Source: an uncultured virus (IMG/VR IMGVR_UViG_3300044627_003959) (lineage: Duplodnaviria > Heunggongvirae > Uroviricota > Caudoviricetes). From it: DNA of 64,000 nt. Location of the stretch: the IMG/VR virus record IMGVR_UViG_3300044627_003959; one strand, 5' to 3'. The position numbers and the translations under genes were made by a program. The notes below the pieces were generated by a model, which was given only the letters and a program-made list of their open reading frames with translations, was not told the DNA's origin and did no database searches. Positions 36,901 through 45,950 of this stretch are shown piece by piece. How positions within the stretch are numbered: position 1 is the stretch's first letter; the number at the start of each line of letters is the position of its first letter.

Positions 36901-36963
36901 GCGCCCAGACTTGCAATTGGTGCTAATTTCGGCGAAAATGTAGAACTTACAGGCAAATTTTAA
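33907..36963 (+). CDS. Phage RNA polymerase beta' C-terminal fragment, intein-containing
   Basis: SGARG, SFAEGL..AEY..GTYGARK (bridge helix), DCG, RSAMTC...GVCAKC Zn site, AAQAIGEPITQ..LNVKHQGG trigger loop. Confidence 0.95.
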   Translation: MKAIQLLVNSQLPPDLRDYTREYDSKSIGSLMAEVARKYPDQYERISKFISDVGRKASYFQGESLTLEDNRPVIDRDKLLSEMDLEIEEASRNTPDKEEFDKNKIGIWTKYNEKIQKETGREALARKNNLAYSVISGARGKLPQLKMMLSTPGLYTDAQDNVIPLFVRTSFAEGLRPAEYLAGTYGARKSVLCLQQDTLVRLADGSSLAIKHIKPGMSVLGADKEGNTFPVRVLRTYDQGLQPVYRYTFRRGCGGGKHEVVCTAKHAFLQNDYKAYNHSYNIFKKGKAPRPQAELIHNKSVYPIGEKRPRQAAVLAGGTQFNGRKEPYALMLGILTGDGCLTNSDLRIRLSCADESMISDLAEYMHSLNLKISVRRTADNFDWEIVASNYTAAGNKSIQKGIQGFVAEARMPHKQILIDEGLAFHRAETKKLPANIHEWDNESAAAYIAGLLATDGSIYFDANTGYPRVSFAMTAKDVIFGLHKLLQHRFGVYGTEIFFRDEGGFGSSSSLRKNRLWEFSITTDTGIKRLLSSLPPIPGCKENKRQQALLNKLKQKNPYPKARLEFVKDEGLAHCYDIEVDHPDHLFVLDSGLITSNSTKRATAKGGDLAKQMVQSAARLVVAENDCGAANGIDLSMDDKSLRGRVLARDFGDVSAGTVLDKNALASLRKKGAENIIVRSAMTCQAKEGVCAKCMGLNALGKFPSKGDAVGITAAQAIGEPITQGALNVKHQGGAAGASNRFAGFSVINQFVQTPDTFPDKAVLSKKDGQINSIIEAPQGGYYVTVDNEPHYVSPGYPVTVKVGDRVEAGDMVSEGLADPGEIVELRGLGEGRKYYADKLKQLLDDSGMETDRRNTELMSRAALDHLQITDVKEGDEYLPDDVVSYSYFSNRYTPPKDTLKVKTDKSIGTFLQSPVLHYTIGTKITPKISKHLTSTGFNEVFSSTESPTFKPHMVRLRAATHHGTDWLASMHTSYLKKQLSDAAIRGEETNIESNIHFAPRLAIGANFGENVELTGKF
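34483..35697 (+). mobile_element. Intein with LAGLIDADG homing endonuclease (405 aa)
   Basis: Starts CLQQDTLVRLADG; block B CTAKH; LGILTGDG and AGLLATDG; block F CYDIEV..DHLFVL; ends ITSN followed by extein Ser. Confidence 0.95.
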
Positions 36964-36965
36964 TT

Positions 36966-38228
36966 ATGAATAATTTACACGCACTTAGTCCAGAAATACT
37001 TAAACAGGCGGGGCTACAAAAGGCCGTTATGGACTTGGCCTCACGAAAAGATTTTTTAGGTGGGCTGGCCGCGCCTGTCGCTAAATTATTTGGAGGCGGA
37101 CAGAAACTCGTGGGTACTGTTCAAAAGGCAATACCCCAGATTAAAAATTTCGATAAGCCTTTATCCGAAATTGCTGACTCTCCGCTCATGCAACAAGGAG
37201 CTAAGAATGTTCAACAAGGCGATGAATTACGTAAACTGACTTCTTTGTTTTCTAAAGACAGTTGGATGCCTAGAATATTCGATAAAAGCTTACCTACACA
37301 ATACCGCGTTGGTCGTGGGTTAAGCACCGCCGCAGTAGGCGCGCCTCTAGTTTATGCTCCGTTTAATTTAGCCGAATACGCAGGGGCTGCTAATGCTGAC
37401 GTAGGTAAAGCGACAGGCAGAGCCAAGCAAATGGCCGCTAATAGAATTAAACAAAGAACGGAGCAGTTTGCTAATATGCCGTTCTTAGAAAGGATTCAAA
37501 CTGCATGGAACCCTGAAAAGTTCACAAGTCAAATAGCTGAAAGCGCCCCAGAGCTTCAAGATTTAGCACAAGCATCTCAAACTGGCGGTATAACACCTCC
37601 AGGTGTTATGTCTTATCTGGCTAGTTTAAATCCGTTTCTTTCTTCGCCCTCTGACGTTATAAAGCAAAAAACTAGATCCGCTCTTATGGATTTGATGCGT
37701 GAAAAAGGGTTGGACATGAACAAGAGTGGTACAGATAAAAAAGCTAATAAGCTCATTCTAGAAGGTTTAAAAAATGCTATAAAGCCCGCATGGAACTTAG
37801 GAAGACAAACAGCTAAGGCGAATAAAAATTTATCCGCGCCGTTACCAAATCTTATTAAAGATCCAAATCATACACCCATTCAAGATTTTCTTTCCAGAAC
37901 TGCTTATTCCGTAGCTAAAAACCCAGGAACTGCGGCTGCGAAAGGTATAGCCGGGATAGGCGTGCCTTACGGTATGTATGCGTCTTATAATGCAGGGAAG
38001 CAACAAGTAGAGGATCAATTAACTCAAGACGCAGCAGCCATGGCGGATATGCAGGCTATGAATACTTTCGCCACTCCTGGTCTTGCGGGAGGTCTAGGGC
38101 GCTTAATTGCCGCCCTCGCCCCGGGAATAATCGGAAATAAAGTTAATGCTGCAGCCGGAGGTATGCTGTCTGCAAATAACATGGGAGCTCCAGGTGGGGG
38201 TTATGTGCAATCCCTTTATGCGGATTAA
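36966..38228 (+). CDS. Probable internal virion protein, Gly/Ala-rich
   Basis: KQAG and KKAN motifs; two similar hydrophobic blocks each followed by a helix (internal duplication). Confidence 0.65.
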   Translation: MNNLHALSPEILKQAGLQKAVMDLASRKDFLGGLAAPVAKLFGGGQKLVGTVQKAIPQIKNFDKPLSEIADSPLMQQGAKNVQQGDELRKLTSLFSKDSWMPRIFDKSLPTQYRVGRGLSTAAVGAPLVYAPFNLAEYAGAANADVGKATGRAKQMAANRIKQRTEQFANMPFLERIQTAWNPEKFTSQIAESAPELQDLAQASQTGGITPPGVMSYLASLNPFLSSPSDVIKQKTRSALMDLMREKGLDMNKSGTDKKANKLILEGLKNAIKPAWNLGRQTAKANKNLSAPLPNLIKDPNHTPIQDFLSRTAYSVAKNPGTAAAKGIAGIGVPYGMYASYNAGKQQVEDQLTQDAAAMADMQAMNTFATPGLAGGLGRLIAALAPGIIGNKVNAAAGGMLSANNMGAPGGGYVQSLYAD

Positions 38229-38239
38229 GTAATAACTTC

Positions 38240-38268
38240 TTGCCAACAGTAAATTTTTAATATAATAT
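38240..38268 (+). promoter_or_regulatory. sigma70-like promoter, probably leaderless
   Basis: TTGCCA-N17-TAATAT (TATAAT overlaps at N15); ATG at 38274. Confidence 0.55.
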
Positions 38269-38273
38269 TCAAT

Positions 38274-40814
38274 ATGCAGTTATCAAACTACGACTGGAAA
38301 AAAGCAGCGGCTCAAGTAATGGACGACGGCACAGTAGAGCGTGCTTTCATGGATCAAGCTTACGGCTTCCTGACTAATAAAGCAGGCAAGTTAATGCAGG
38401 ATCCTTATCGTCTTGGCTTTGAAGTTGTTTATAAGAATGATTCAAACACACGCATGGTAGGTATTTTTGCGTTTCGTGTTAACGATCAAATTATGTATGT
38501 TCCTGTGTTCTTCTTAAATGGAGAAATCAAAGGAACAGATTTATTGTATCGTCAAGAAACTAAAACCTTTGTTCCTCTCAATGACGAGTGGGTGACCTAC
38601 TTAACCGAAAAGAATAATTATGAGCCGGGTATGCCTGTGGACAGAAAGGAATTCACACGGGCTAATAACCATGTGCGTTTGGAAGATATCGCCTACCCGC
38701 CTAACTATAAACGCGATAAGCGTGCCTCTGTAATCGATTCAATGAATACAGATATAGCCGACGCTTACCTCACCGAACGTCGCGCGACAATTTTCAGTAA
38801 GGTCAAAGAGAAAAAGGCCGATAGTGATACCGCGTCTACCTTTGGCGATATCGATATGATTATCGAGGCTGCTTTCGAAAAAGAAATTCCTGCCACGGGA
38901 ACGCTACTGAACGCTAATGATAAGACTGACAAGCCCTTGGCCTCGCGCAGAAAAGAAGTTGTTAAAAATTTAGCAAAGTCTGGACAGCTTCTCCGCAAGT
39001 TCATCACTGAAGATGGCGGGGTGGAAGCCATCTCCAAGCTGGCTTCTCTTATGGAAGATAGCTTTGAATTTACTGAAGCTCTAGTATCTAATATAGATGA
39101 GAAGGACTATATGCCCGAAGACTTGCAGGTTAAGCAAGCCTCTTCAAATAAAGCGGAACCCACACTGGTCCTGTTCGCGGGACGTCCAGGAAAGACGGAG
39201 CATTCTTATTTGTTAAAACAGGCAGATGAAACTAAGGATCCAGATAAACATCCAGCTGTAAATAAATTTGCTGAAAAGTTCTTTTCTCAAGGTTACTACC
39301 TGTGGGACGATAGAGCTGCTAGCGATCTTATTCCCGTCTATAAAGACAATGAAGAAAGACTGGATATGCTCGGTGGCGCGGGTATTTATGATGTCCTTCT
39401 ACATGATGGTTCATTCAGAAAAGCTATCGTTGCTCCTAAAAGCCAAACAGACTTTAATTGCAGCTCTGCTCCTTTAACATCTGGAAGTTACAGTGGTGAT
39501 TCCTGGAACATAGGTGGCGTCGTTGAAGATATTAAATATAATTCAACTTCAAGAAGTATGTATCCTGATATTGTCATCTGTTACATGGATGGCGAAAAAG
39601 AATCAGATATGCGACGTCAGGTCCATGGTAAGTTCGTCAAAGATCAGGCGCAAATGCTGCGTGACGGAGACCTCGATAAAGAGATGTCATCGAAAAAAGC
39701 TTACCGCATTTTCGATGTAGAGGCTGGCGCACTTTCCGCTCCTTTCTACGTAGAGAGCAAAAGAGAAGAAGACGGAATTACTTATTATTCTGTTTGTCCG
39801 ATGCACGGCGCGTCAGATCTTATGACTCTGACTCATAATCCAGACATGACAGAAAATGATCTGCGTATTGGCTTTCTTGGAGCCCATGTTGCATTCGTGC
39901 CTGTTGGTATGGATTCATACACAGTTAAAAACGACACCTACGACGGACGTCCTTATCATAATTTCCATTTTAAACGCATCTGCGGAGAATGCGAAATTGG
40001 TGATGTTGCCTCGCTCGACGCGTGGGTAACTGAATATGTCAAAAAAGCCTCTCTTCTTTATGACCGGGACTCTGACACTTACAGTCTGCGTACTGGGTCT
40101 AGGGAGCAAACGGATTACATGGAAAGATTGAGCATGGCTGTGAAACTGGCTACTGCTGGTTTCCATGCTGACGCTGTGGATGAAATGCTGACCTCCACTA
40201 AATCAGCAGGTCAGACCAACTGGTATTTCGGCGACCCGGAAATGAATAAAGTAGCGTTCCCGATTATGCAAAATCGTGATGCTATTTTCCGCACTACGAC
40301 AAATCAAGATTTCAAAGTAAACCAAGAATATCCTCAGTCATTTATTCTCAAAACTAACAAGGACAGCCTGCAGTTACCTCCTCAGATTGTTGGTGATGCC
40401 TACGATCCAGGTATGGGTGTTAAACCTGACGAACAGTCAGGCAGTCATTCTGGTATGTCCAAGGAGCAACTCATGACCATGTCCCCGGATCAGATTGCGC
40501 AGTTCGCATCGTCTAATAAACTTCCAAATGTTTTCGAACATGGGCTTGTCGGTTCTTTGGTTCAGGTATATGACTCCATGTCTATGATTGATAAATATAT
40601 TCCTGATATGGAAGAGGCGCTGGATAGACTGGGACGTATATTATTCTTGTTCTATTGGAAGCCTCGCGACTTCGAAGACGCTTATGGTGCAGACGACATG
40701 ACCAATCTTGAGAATCAGATCCTTTCTAATTTTAAATCATTTGGCTCCTTAGTCCTGGATCTTCTCAAGCGCTCTAAAAAGCGTAAGCTTGGAAATGTCT
40801 CTATGGGAACGTAA
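38274..40814 (+). CDS. Large head-module protein with many K-x-A motifs
   Basis: 846-aa ORF; KKAA, KRAS, KKAD, KLAS, KQAS, KQAD, KKAS, KLAT, KSAG, KVAF. Confidence 0.75.
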   Translation: MQLSNYDWKKAAAQVMDDGTVERAFMDQAYGFLTNKAGKLMQDPYRLGFEVVYKNDSNTRMVGIFAFRVNDQIMYVPVFFLNGEIKGTDLLYRQETKTFVPLNDEWVTYLTEKNNYEPGMPVDRKEFTRANNHVRLEDIAYPPNYKRDKRASVIDSMNTDIADAYLTERRATIFSKVKEKKADSDTASTFGDIDMIIEAAFEKEIPATGTLLNANDKTDKPLASRRKEVVKNLAKSGQLLRKFITEDGGVEAISKLASLMEDSFEFTEALVSNIDEKDYMPEDLQVKQASSNKAEPTLVLFAGRPGKTEHSYLLKQADETKDPDKHPAVNKFAEKFFSQGYYLWDDRAASDLIPVYKDNEERLDMLGGAGIYDVLLHDGSFRKAIVAPKSQTDFNCSSAPLTSGSYSGDSWNIGGVVEDIKYNSTSRSMYPDIVICYMDGEKESDMRRQVHGKFVKDQAQMLRDGDLDKEMSSKKAYRIFDVEAGALSAPFYVESKREEDGITYYSVCPMHGASDLMTLTHNPDMTENDLRIGFLGAHVAFVPVGMDSYTVKNDTYDGRPYHNFHFKRICGECEIGDVASLDAWVTEYVKKASLLYDRDSDTYSLRTGSREQTDYMERLSMAVKLATAGFHADAVDEMLTSTKSAGQTNWYFGDPEMNKVAFPIMQNRDAIFRTTTNQDFKVNQEYPQSFILKTNKDSLQLPPQIVGDAYDPGMGVKPDEQSGSHSGMSKEQLMTMSPDQIAQFASSNKLPNVFEHGLVGSLVQVYDSMSMIDKYIPDMEEALDRLGRILFLFYWKPRDFEDAYGADDMTNLENQILSNFKSFGSLVLDLLKRSKKRKLGNVSMGT

Positions 40815-41746
40815 TGAATTACACGACGATACAAACTCTTCTAGAGTATCTACCTGAGACAGAAGAATTTGCTACCTCTAATTTTTTTGGAGGTAGCACT
40901 TCTGTTTTAAACGCCAGTTCTATGGATAATGCGAGTATGCGTTTTATCATGGCTTATAAAGATTTATCTTTAGGCTGGAAAAGCGCTAAGCTATTGGCAT
41001 CTAGTGATACTCAATTTCCATGTTTTTTGTCTGGAGATGACCTTTGGTTATTTAAAGCTTACTTATATTGTATAGACAATAAAAAGTTTTATAATCGATC
41101 TATAGCTGAAGCCAAAGGGTTAGCGAGTAATCAGATGACAAGAGATAATGAGACAATTAAAGCATTGCTTGTATCGGACGATATAGATTATAAATTTATA
41201 GCAAATAAGACGGCACTAAACATAGATACTATTAAAGCTTATGAGCGACTATTCTTTAATATAGTAGATCGCAAAAACGAGCACATGTTTATTAAAAACG
41301 TCGTTTACCCGGATGGTCGTTTAATTGAAATGTTCGATGACTATTTAAAAAATGAAGATTTAGGTAAATTATTAGTTCGCACCGGGTATAATAATGGAGC
41401 TGAGCATGTGTTGCATTTTGCAGGATTTAAGAGCGGATTAGTCCATAGTCTAGCAAACGGTAACACCATGCCTAATCAACTAGAGGCTCTATTTATGGCC
41501 AACGGTTATTTACTAGCACGTAATGGCTGGCTTAATCAGCGCGTACATTCTGTGGGATTGAACAACGCCAGAAACCTCCTTCAGGCAGCTAAACAAGGCG
41601 GCGTTGAAGAACAAAAGCCTTCGCCCTTTGCTGGTGTCGGTGATATATTAAGTAATGAGATGTTGAATAATCTCCAAGTTGACGCCAATATTAGACTTAC
41701 TCATATGCAGGAAACCTTCAAGGGGAAAACTATTGTAGATGTTTAA
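40814..41746 (+). CDS. Hypothetical protein
   Basis: ORF track; TAATG coupling. Confidence 0.75.
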   Translation: MNYTTIQTLLEYLPETEEFATSNFFGGSTSVLNASSMDNASMRFIMAYKDLSLGWKSAKLLASSDTQFPCFLSGDDLWLFKAYLYCIDNKKFYNRSIAEAKGLASNQMTRDNETIKALLVSDDIDYKFIANKTALNIDTIKAYERLFFNIVDRKNEHMFIKNVVYPDGRLIEMFDDYLKNEDLGKLLVRTGYNNGAEHVLHFAGFKSGLVHSLANGNTMPNQLEALFMANGYLLARNGWLNQRVHSVGLNNARNLLQAAKQGGVEEQKPSPFAGVGDILSNEMLNNLQVDANIRLTHMQETFKGKTIVDV

Positions 41747-41752
41747 TCGCTC

Positions 41753-41781
41753 TTGCGTATTACCTAGTTCCGAAGTAACAT
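41753..41781 (+). promoter_or_regulatory. sigma70-like promoter
   Basis: TTGCGT-N17-TAACAT. Confidence 0.5.
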
Positions 41782-41794
41782 ATTAATATCACCT

Positions 41795-43459
41795 ATGAAT
41801 CATCAAGCCATTATTGAACAGTTGAGCTCTCTGGCTCCGCAATTAAAAGCTGCCTCTTCTCCTGAGTCGGTTTTGATCAAATACGCTTCAGATAGAAATC
41901 TTTCTTCTGCTCAATTAGAGCGCGTAGGTCAGGTTTATAATATAGCTAAGACGCTGAACTTTATGGATAAGTCCGCTAATCGTGGTGATTCTTTTAAAGT
42001 TTTAGATACGCAGAAAATGCTAGCGGACTACACTGCGTTTAAACCTAAAGAAAATAAGCAAGCCAACAACAATCCAGATTGGAATAGCTGGTTTGAAAAT
42101 ACAACCACGGCTAAAGCCGCTTCTGTAAATAATCCTGACGCTATAGATTCTTGGTTAGATCATACTGAGAAATCAGCCAAGATTGTTGAAGAAAACGGCG
42201 AGTATACTGTTTATAGTTCTGACGGTTCAAAACGCTTATCTAAGCCTGGGACAAAGTCTGAGGCAGTTAAAAGATTACGTGAAGTGGAATACTTCAAGAA
42301 GCATAAGAAGGCCAATACAATGCCTAATCTTTTAGCTATAGCTCATAATGCCGAATACACTTCAGCAGAGGCCCATATTGAAGATTTACCAAAGACAGCC
42401 GCCGCGCTTATTAAGAACGAGCTTAGAAATGAATCTTATTATAGATTTGAATTGGAATCAGCTAAGCAGGTGCGTGAGGACGCAGCTGAAGAAGCACGCA
42501 AGATAGCCAATGAACTTTTCGAAATGCACAGGGTCTGTACACTGCCTTATTCTGAAATGGAAAAGGATGTTGTATACTCTGCTGATGACACCAAGTCTAT
42601 TAAGGCGGCTAGTGACTTTGTGGCAAATTATATTCAGCAAAAGGGATTTAACTTGGATAGGTATGACTTTAGTCAGCCTGCCCCGCGCCTGACTAGAGAT
42701 AGATTTCTAGCCCTGCCTCTTTTTAAAGCCGCATCCGATAAACTGGAGATTTTTAAATCTGCCTGTGCTTACATTACAAATTTAGAGACTCAGATGGAAA
42801 AGCTGGCCGCTAGTGCTGCGACTGCGCGTGGTAAGGCGGATACTGCGCAGGATGAGGAAGAAGAGGATGATGAACCTTTCGCAGGCGGAAACGTAGAACG
42901 TAAACGCAGACCTGAAGAGCCCACCGAACAGGAAGGCAGTTCCGCTGTGCGTCTAGTTAAGGGAGAAAGAGGCGAAAAAGGAGAAAGGGGCGAGGCTGGT
43001 AAATCTAAGTCAGGCCCTGGCTCGCCTAATGTTGCGCAAATAGGCAAGGGATTAAAGGATATGTATGATCCTAGAAGCTACATGAACAAACCCACACAGG
43101 AATTTATTGATAACATTCTCAAAGCTCCTACTCTCAGTAATAAAAATACAAGACAGAAAGGCGTAGATGAAACCGTGTCTGACGTGGGACGTGTAGCGGA
43201 CTTACAACGTCTGCTGCTGACTGATCCAATTATCGGCGAGGCCGATCCTGACACTGTGATCAGTCTTTATAATACTTTAGCGAAAGCTAATCCCGAAGTA
43301 GTTAAAGACAGAAATTTACTTCGCTTTGCGTTAAGAGAAGCATTACAATATGACGCTGTACCGCTACATACCTATAAAGATTTGATATCGATGGGTAAAG
43401 ACCGCGTAGACACCGAAAATAAATTAATGGATATCGAATCTAAACGTTACTCAAATTAA
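41795..43459 (+). CDS. Head-module protein with many K-x-A motifs
   Basis: KAAS x4, KYAS, KSAN, KQAN, KSAK, KKAN, KTAA, KSAC, KLAA; short GER/GEK collagen-like stretch. Confidence 0.75.
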   Translation: MNHQAIIEQLSSLAPQLKAASSPESVLIKYASDRNLSSAQLERVGQVYNIAKTLNFMDKSANRGDSFKVLDTQKMLADYTAFKPKENKQANNNPDWNSWFENTTTAKAASVNNPDAIDSWLDHTEKSAKIVEENGEYTVYSSDGSKRLSKPGTKSEAVKRLREVEYFKKHKKANTMPNLLAIAHNAEYTSAEAHIEDLPKTAAALIKNELRNESYYRFELESAKQVREDAAEEARKIANELFEMHRVCTLPYSEMEKDVVYSADDTKSIKAASDFVANYIQQKGFNLDRYDFSQPAPRLTRDRFLALPLFKAASDKLEIFKSACAYITNLETQMEKLAASAATARGKADTAQDEEEEDDEPFAGGNVERKRRPEEPTEQEGSSAVRLVKGERGEKGERGEAGKSKSGPGSPNVAQIGKGLKDMYDPRSYMNKPTQEFIDNILKAPTLSNKNTRQKGVDETVSDVGRVADLQRLLLTDPIIGEADPDTVISLYNTLAKANPEVVKDRNLLRFALREALQYDAVPLHTYKDLISMGKDRVDTENKLMDIESKRYSN

Positions 43460-43461
43460 TC

Positions 43462-43881
43462 ATGGAAATAAAATCTACAATTAGGTTGTCTAATAGTCTG
43501 TACCAAGCAGAAGTTATGCTTGGCGATAATGGACTTACTCCCGTAGAAACGGAAGTCATTAACTATTTTGGACAGCCGTCCATCGAATGCGGTAGTGCGT
43601 TTGGAACAACCGGGACCACCGGGGCCACAGGTACGAACACTTACTTCGATCTCCCGGCCAACGCTAAATTATTTCCAAGTAATTTTCCTGTTAAGCAAAT
43701 TTTTAGTCTTCTGGATTTTCCGGTTGGTACTACCGCGCCACCTAATGCTGCGCAGCGCGCGGATATATGGCGTGACGCTGTTGTCACTAGAATCACTGAA
43801 GCGATGCAAGCAAAGAGAGCCGAAGCTACATCCAGCGATATCGGCACCATAGTGCAGAACATTGACACCACTCCTGTTTAA
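43462..43881 (+). CDS. Probable virion protein
   Basis: ORF track; GTTGTTGATGT loop. Confidence 0.65.
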   Translation: MEIKSTIRLSNSLYQAEVMLGDNGLTPVETEVINYFGQPSIECGSAFGTTGTTGATGTNTYFDLPANAKLFPSNFPVKQIFSLLDFPVGTTAPPNAAQRADIWRDAVVTRITEAMQAKRAEATSSDIGTIVQNIDTTPV

Positions 43882-43887
43882 TAATAT

Positions 43888-44436
43888 ATGCAAGATTTAG
43901 CAGACAAAATAAAAAATGTTTCAGGACAAGCTTTAGATGCTACTAAAGGTGTGGCGGGTAAATCTATGGATTATCTGCAGGCTAACCCTACTCTTGCTGC
44001 TATGCTTCTCGCTGGAGGTGGGTCTGGTCTTTTAGGCGGGTACCTGACATCACAGCAACCAGAAGAAGAGGGGGAAGATAAAGCATCCAGGCGTATGCGT
44101 ATTTTACGTAATGCTCTTTTGGCCGCTGGCGCTGGCGCTGGAGCGGTTGGGCTAGGCTCCATGGGTTACGATAGATTTAGCGAGGCAATTCCCGCTGGCT
44201 CTCTAAGCCCTGTCGAAGAAAAACTACAAAACCCATGGGTTAGAGGCGCGGGCGCAGGGGGTATGGGTATACTCGGAGCCAACAAAGGAAATCAGGCCTT
44301 ATCTTCTTTATTTAAAATGTTCGGTAAGAAGGCACCCCCAGGTGTTGGTGGTTTAGCAGGCTTAGCTGCAGGTGCGGGTGTTGGTTATTTTGCACCAGAG
44401 ATGATTGAAGGAGTTAAAGATACATTAGTTGGATAA
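43888..44436 (+). CDS. Gly-rich membrane-type virion protein
   Basis: Four glycine-zipper-like hydrophobic segments. Confidence 0.7.
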   Translation: MQDLADKIKNVSGQALDATKGVAGKSMDYLQANPTLAAMLLAGGGSGLLGGYLTSQQPEEEGEDKASRRMRILRNALLAAGAGAGAVGLGSMGYDRFSEAIPAGSLSPVEEKLQNPWVRGAGAGGMGILGANKGNQALSSLFKMFGKKAPPGVGGLAGLAAGAGVGYFAPEMIEGVKDTLVG

Positions 44437-44440
44437 TCTT

Positions 44441-45907
44441 ATGAATAAGATACATTACCAGACCGATCAGGAAGATTTACTTCGCTTATGCGATGGTCAA
44501 ATGTTTACGTTTTATGACGGCAATATTAAGTCCGCTGCTTCCGATACTTTCACGCAAGAAATGCTGAAGGAGCACGCACCTGACAAAGATCATTTCATGC
44601 TTCATGTCGTTGCTATGGGCGACCAGGAAACTTACGGCCCTAATAAGAATGGTGATGGTTTTCCTAAAGAGGCGCTAGAAAAATATCATCCTACATTCAT
44701 TAGTGATGGTTGCTTCTTCCGGGAACATAGGAATCGCTGTCAGCAAACGCAGGGTATTGGATCTATTAAAGCATCCGCATATAATCCAAAGATGCGGCGC
44801 GTGGAATTGATCGTACACGGTAATAAAGAAAAAGCAGCCAAGGAATACGAGATGGCCAAATCAGGTAAGGCTTTATCGTTCAGTATGTCATGCCGCGTGC
44901 CTTATGATGTTTGTAACTGCTGCGAAAAGAAAGCCTCGTCCCCGTCTAATTATTGCACGCATCTAAAAGATAGTATGCTGCAGTATCTTCCTGAATTTCA
45001 GAAATACGCGTTTGCGATTAATGATAAACCTAAATTCTTTGATATCTCGGCTGTGGAAAAACCAGCAGATCGCATAGCACATTATTTAGACTACGCTTTC
45101 CCATCTGGAGAAAAGTCTGCCTCCTTCCATGGTGTAATCACTGGGGCGCAGTGGGCTGAATTTGAAGGCGTCAATCTTCCCGGTACAGAATCACATTGGG
45201 AACCTGCACAGATGAAGCTACTCGAAAAATTAGCTTCCGCAGAATATTATATCTACAATATTCTTAATCACAAGTCCGCTTCTTCAGATCAAAAAGCAGC
45301 CTTTGTTCGTGATGTAGTTCCAAACGCCTTTAGTGAAGAACTGGAAGATAAAGATATTGAAAAGTTAAGAACTTTACAAGTTGGTACCATGTGTCGCGAA
45401 TTGGCTAAGCGCGCAAGCATTCTCCCTTTTTATTCTTTTATTTCTTATGCTACCGGTAGAAAATTACAGGATACTAAAGATGATCCTGTAACAAAAAGGG
45501 CCTGCGCTATGCTGCCTGATATATTTAAGAAGATGATGTCTTCCAACTGTGGCTGCGAGTTAGGTAACATGTTTGATAGCTCATCAGAACACGCATGCGG
45601 TTGTGACTCAGCTAATGACGATGAGGTGCAGAACCTCATGGACATGGCAGAAAAGAAATTCGCCATTAAAACTGAGCCAGTTAAGAATCGTGTTATGACT
45701 ATCATGATTGTTAAAGGTGCCAATGAAAAAGCATTAAAATCTTCTAATATACAACTTACAGAAAATTTTGAGAAACGTGCATTAGCACTTGCAGAGACCT
45801 ATGGAATGTATAAAATTAGTGCATTGCAGGATATTATGAAATTTCATGGCGACGAAATAGATGAAGCACAACTTTTACTAACAGTCGGACAAAACCTTGA
45901 TTTATAA
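44441..45907 (+). CDS. Prohead (maturation) protease, HK97/assemblin-like fold with a CxxC...CxH insertion
   Basis: NKNGDGF, FREH (His), GSIKAS, SFSMSC (Ser), CNCC...YCTH, FFDISAVEKPAD; lies upstream of scaffold and capsid genes. Confidence 0.8.
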   Translation: MNKIHYQTDQEDLLRLCDGQMFTFYDGNIKSAASDTFTQEMLKEHAPDKDHFMLHVVAMGDQETYGPNKNGDGFPKEALEKYHPTFISDGCFFREHRNRCQQTQGIGSIKASAYNPKMRRVELIVHGNKEKAAKEYEMAKSGKALSFSMSCRVPYDVCNCCEKKASSPSNYCTHLKDSMLQYLPEFQKYAFAINDKPKFFDISAVEKPADRIAHYLDYAFPSGEKSASFHGVITGAQWAEFEGVNLPGTESHWEPAQMKLLEKLASAEYYIYNILNHKSASSDQKAAFVRDVVPNAFSEELEDKDIEKLRTLQVGTMCRELAKRASILPFYSFISYATGRKLQDTKDDPVTKRACAMLPDIFKKMMSSNCGCELGNMFDSSSEHACGCDSANDDEVQNLMDMAEKKFAIKTEPVKNRVMTIMIVKGANEKALKSSNIQLTENFEKRALALAETYGMYKISALQDIMKFHGDEIDEAQLLLTVGQNLDL

Positions 45908-45936
45908 TTGACATCAGTAATTTTCTAACAGATATT
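45908..45936 (+). promoter_or_regulatory. sigma70-like promoter (perfect -35)
   Basis: TTGACA-N17-GATATT ahead of the scaffold/capsid operon. Confidence 0.45.
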
Positions 45937-45950
45937 CCACAAATCCTCAA

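Noticed and set aside
23690..36963. Cellular rpoB-rpoC locus or pseudogenes
   Set aside because: Fragments are intact ORFs with catalytic residues, interleaved with capsid-module genes, with no ribosomal-protein neighbours
38274..43459. Portal, terminase or nuclear-shell (chimallin) assignment for the large orphans
   Set aside because: No motif I can recognise supports these; a structure-based search would be needed
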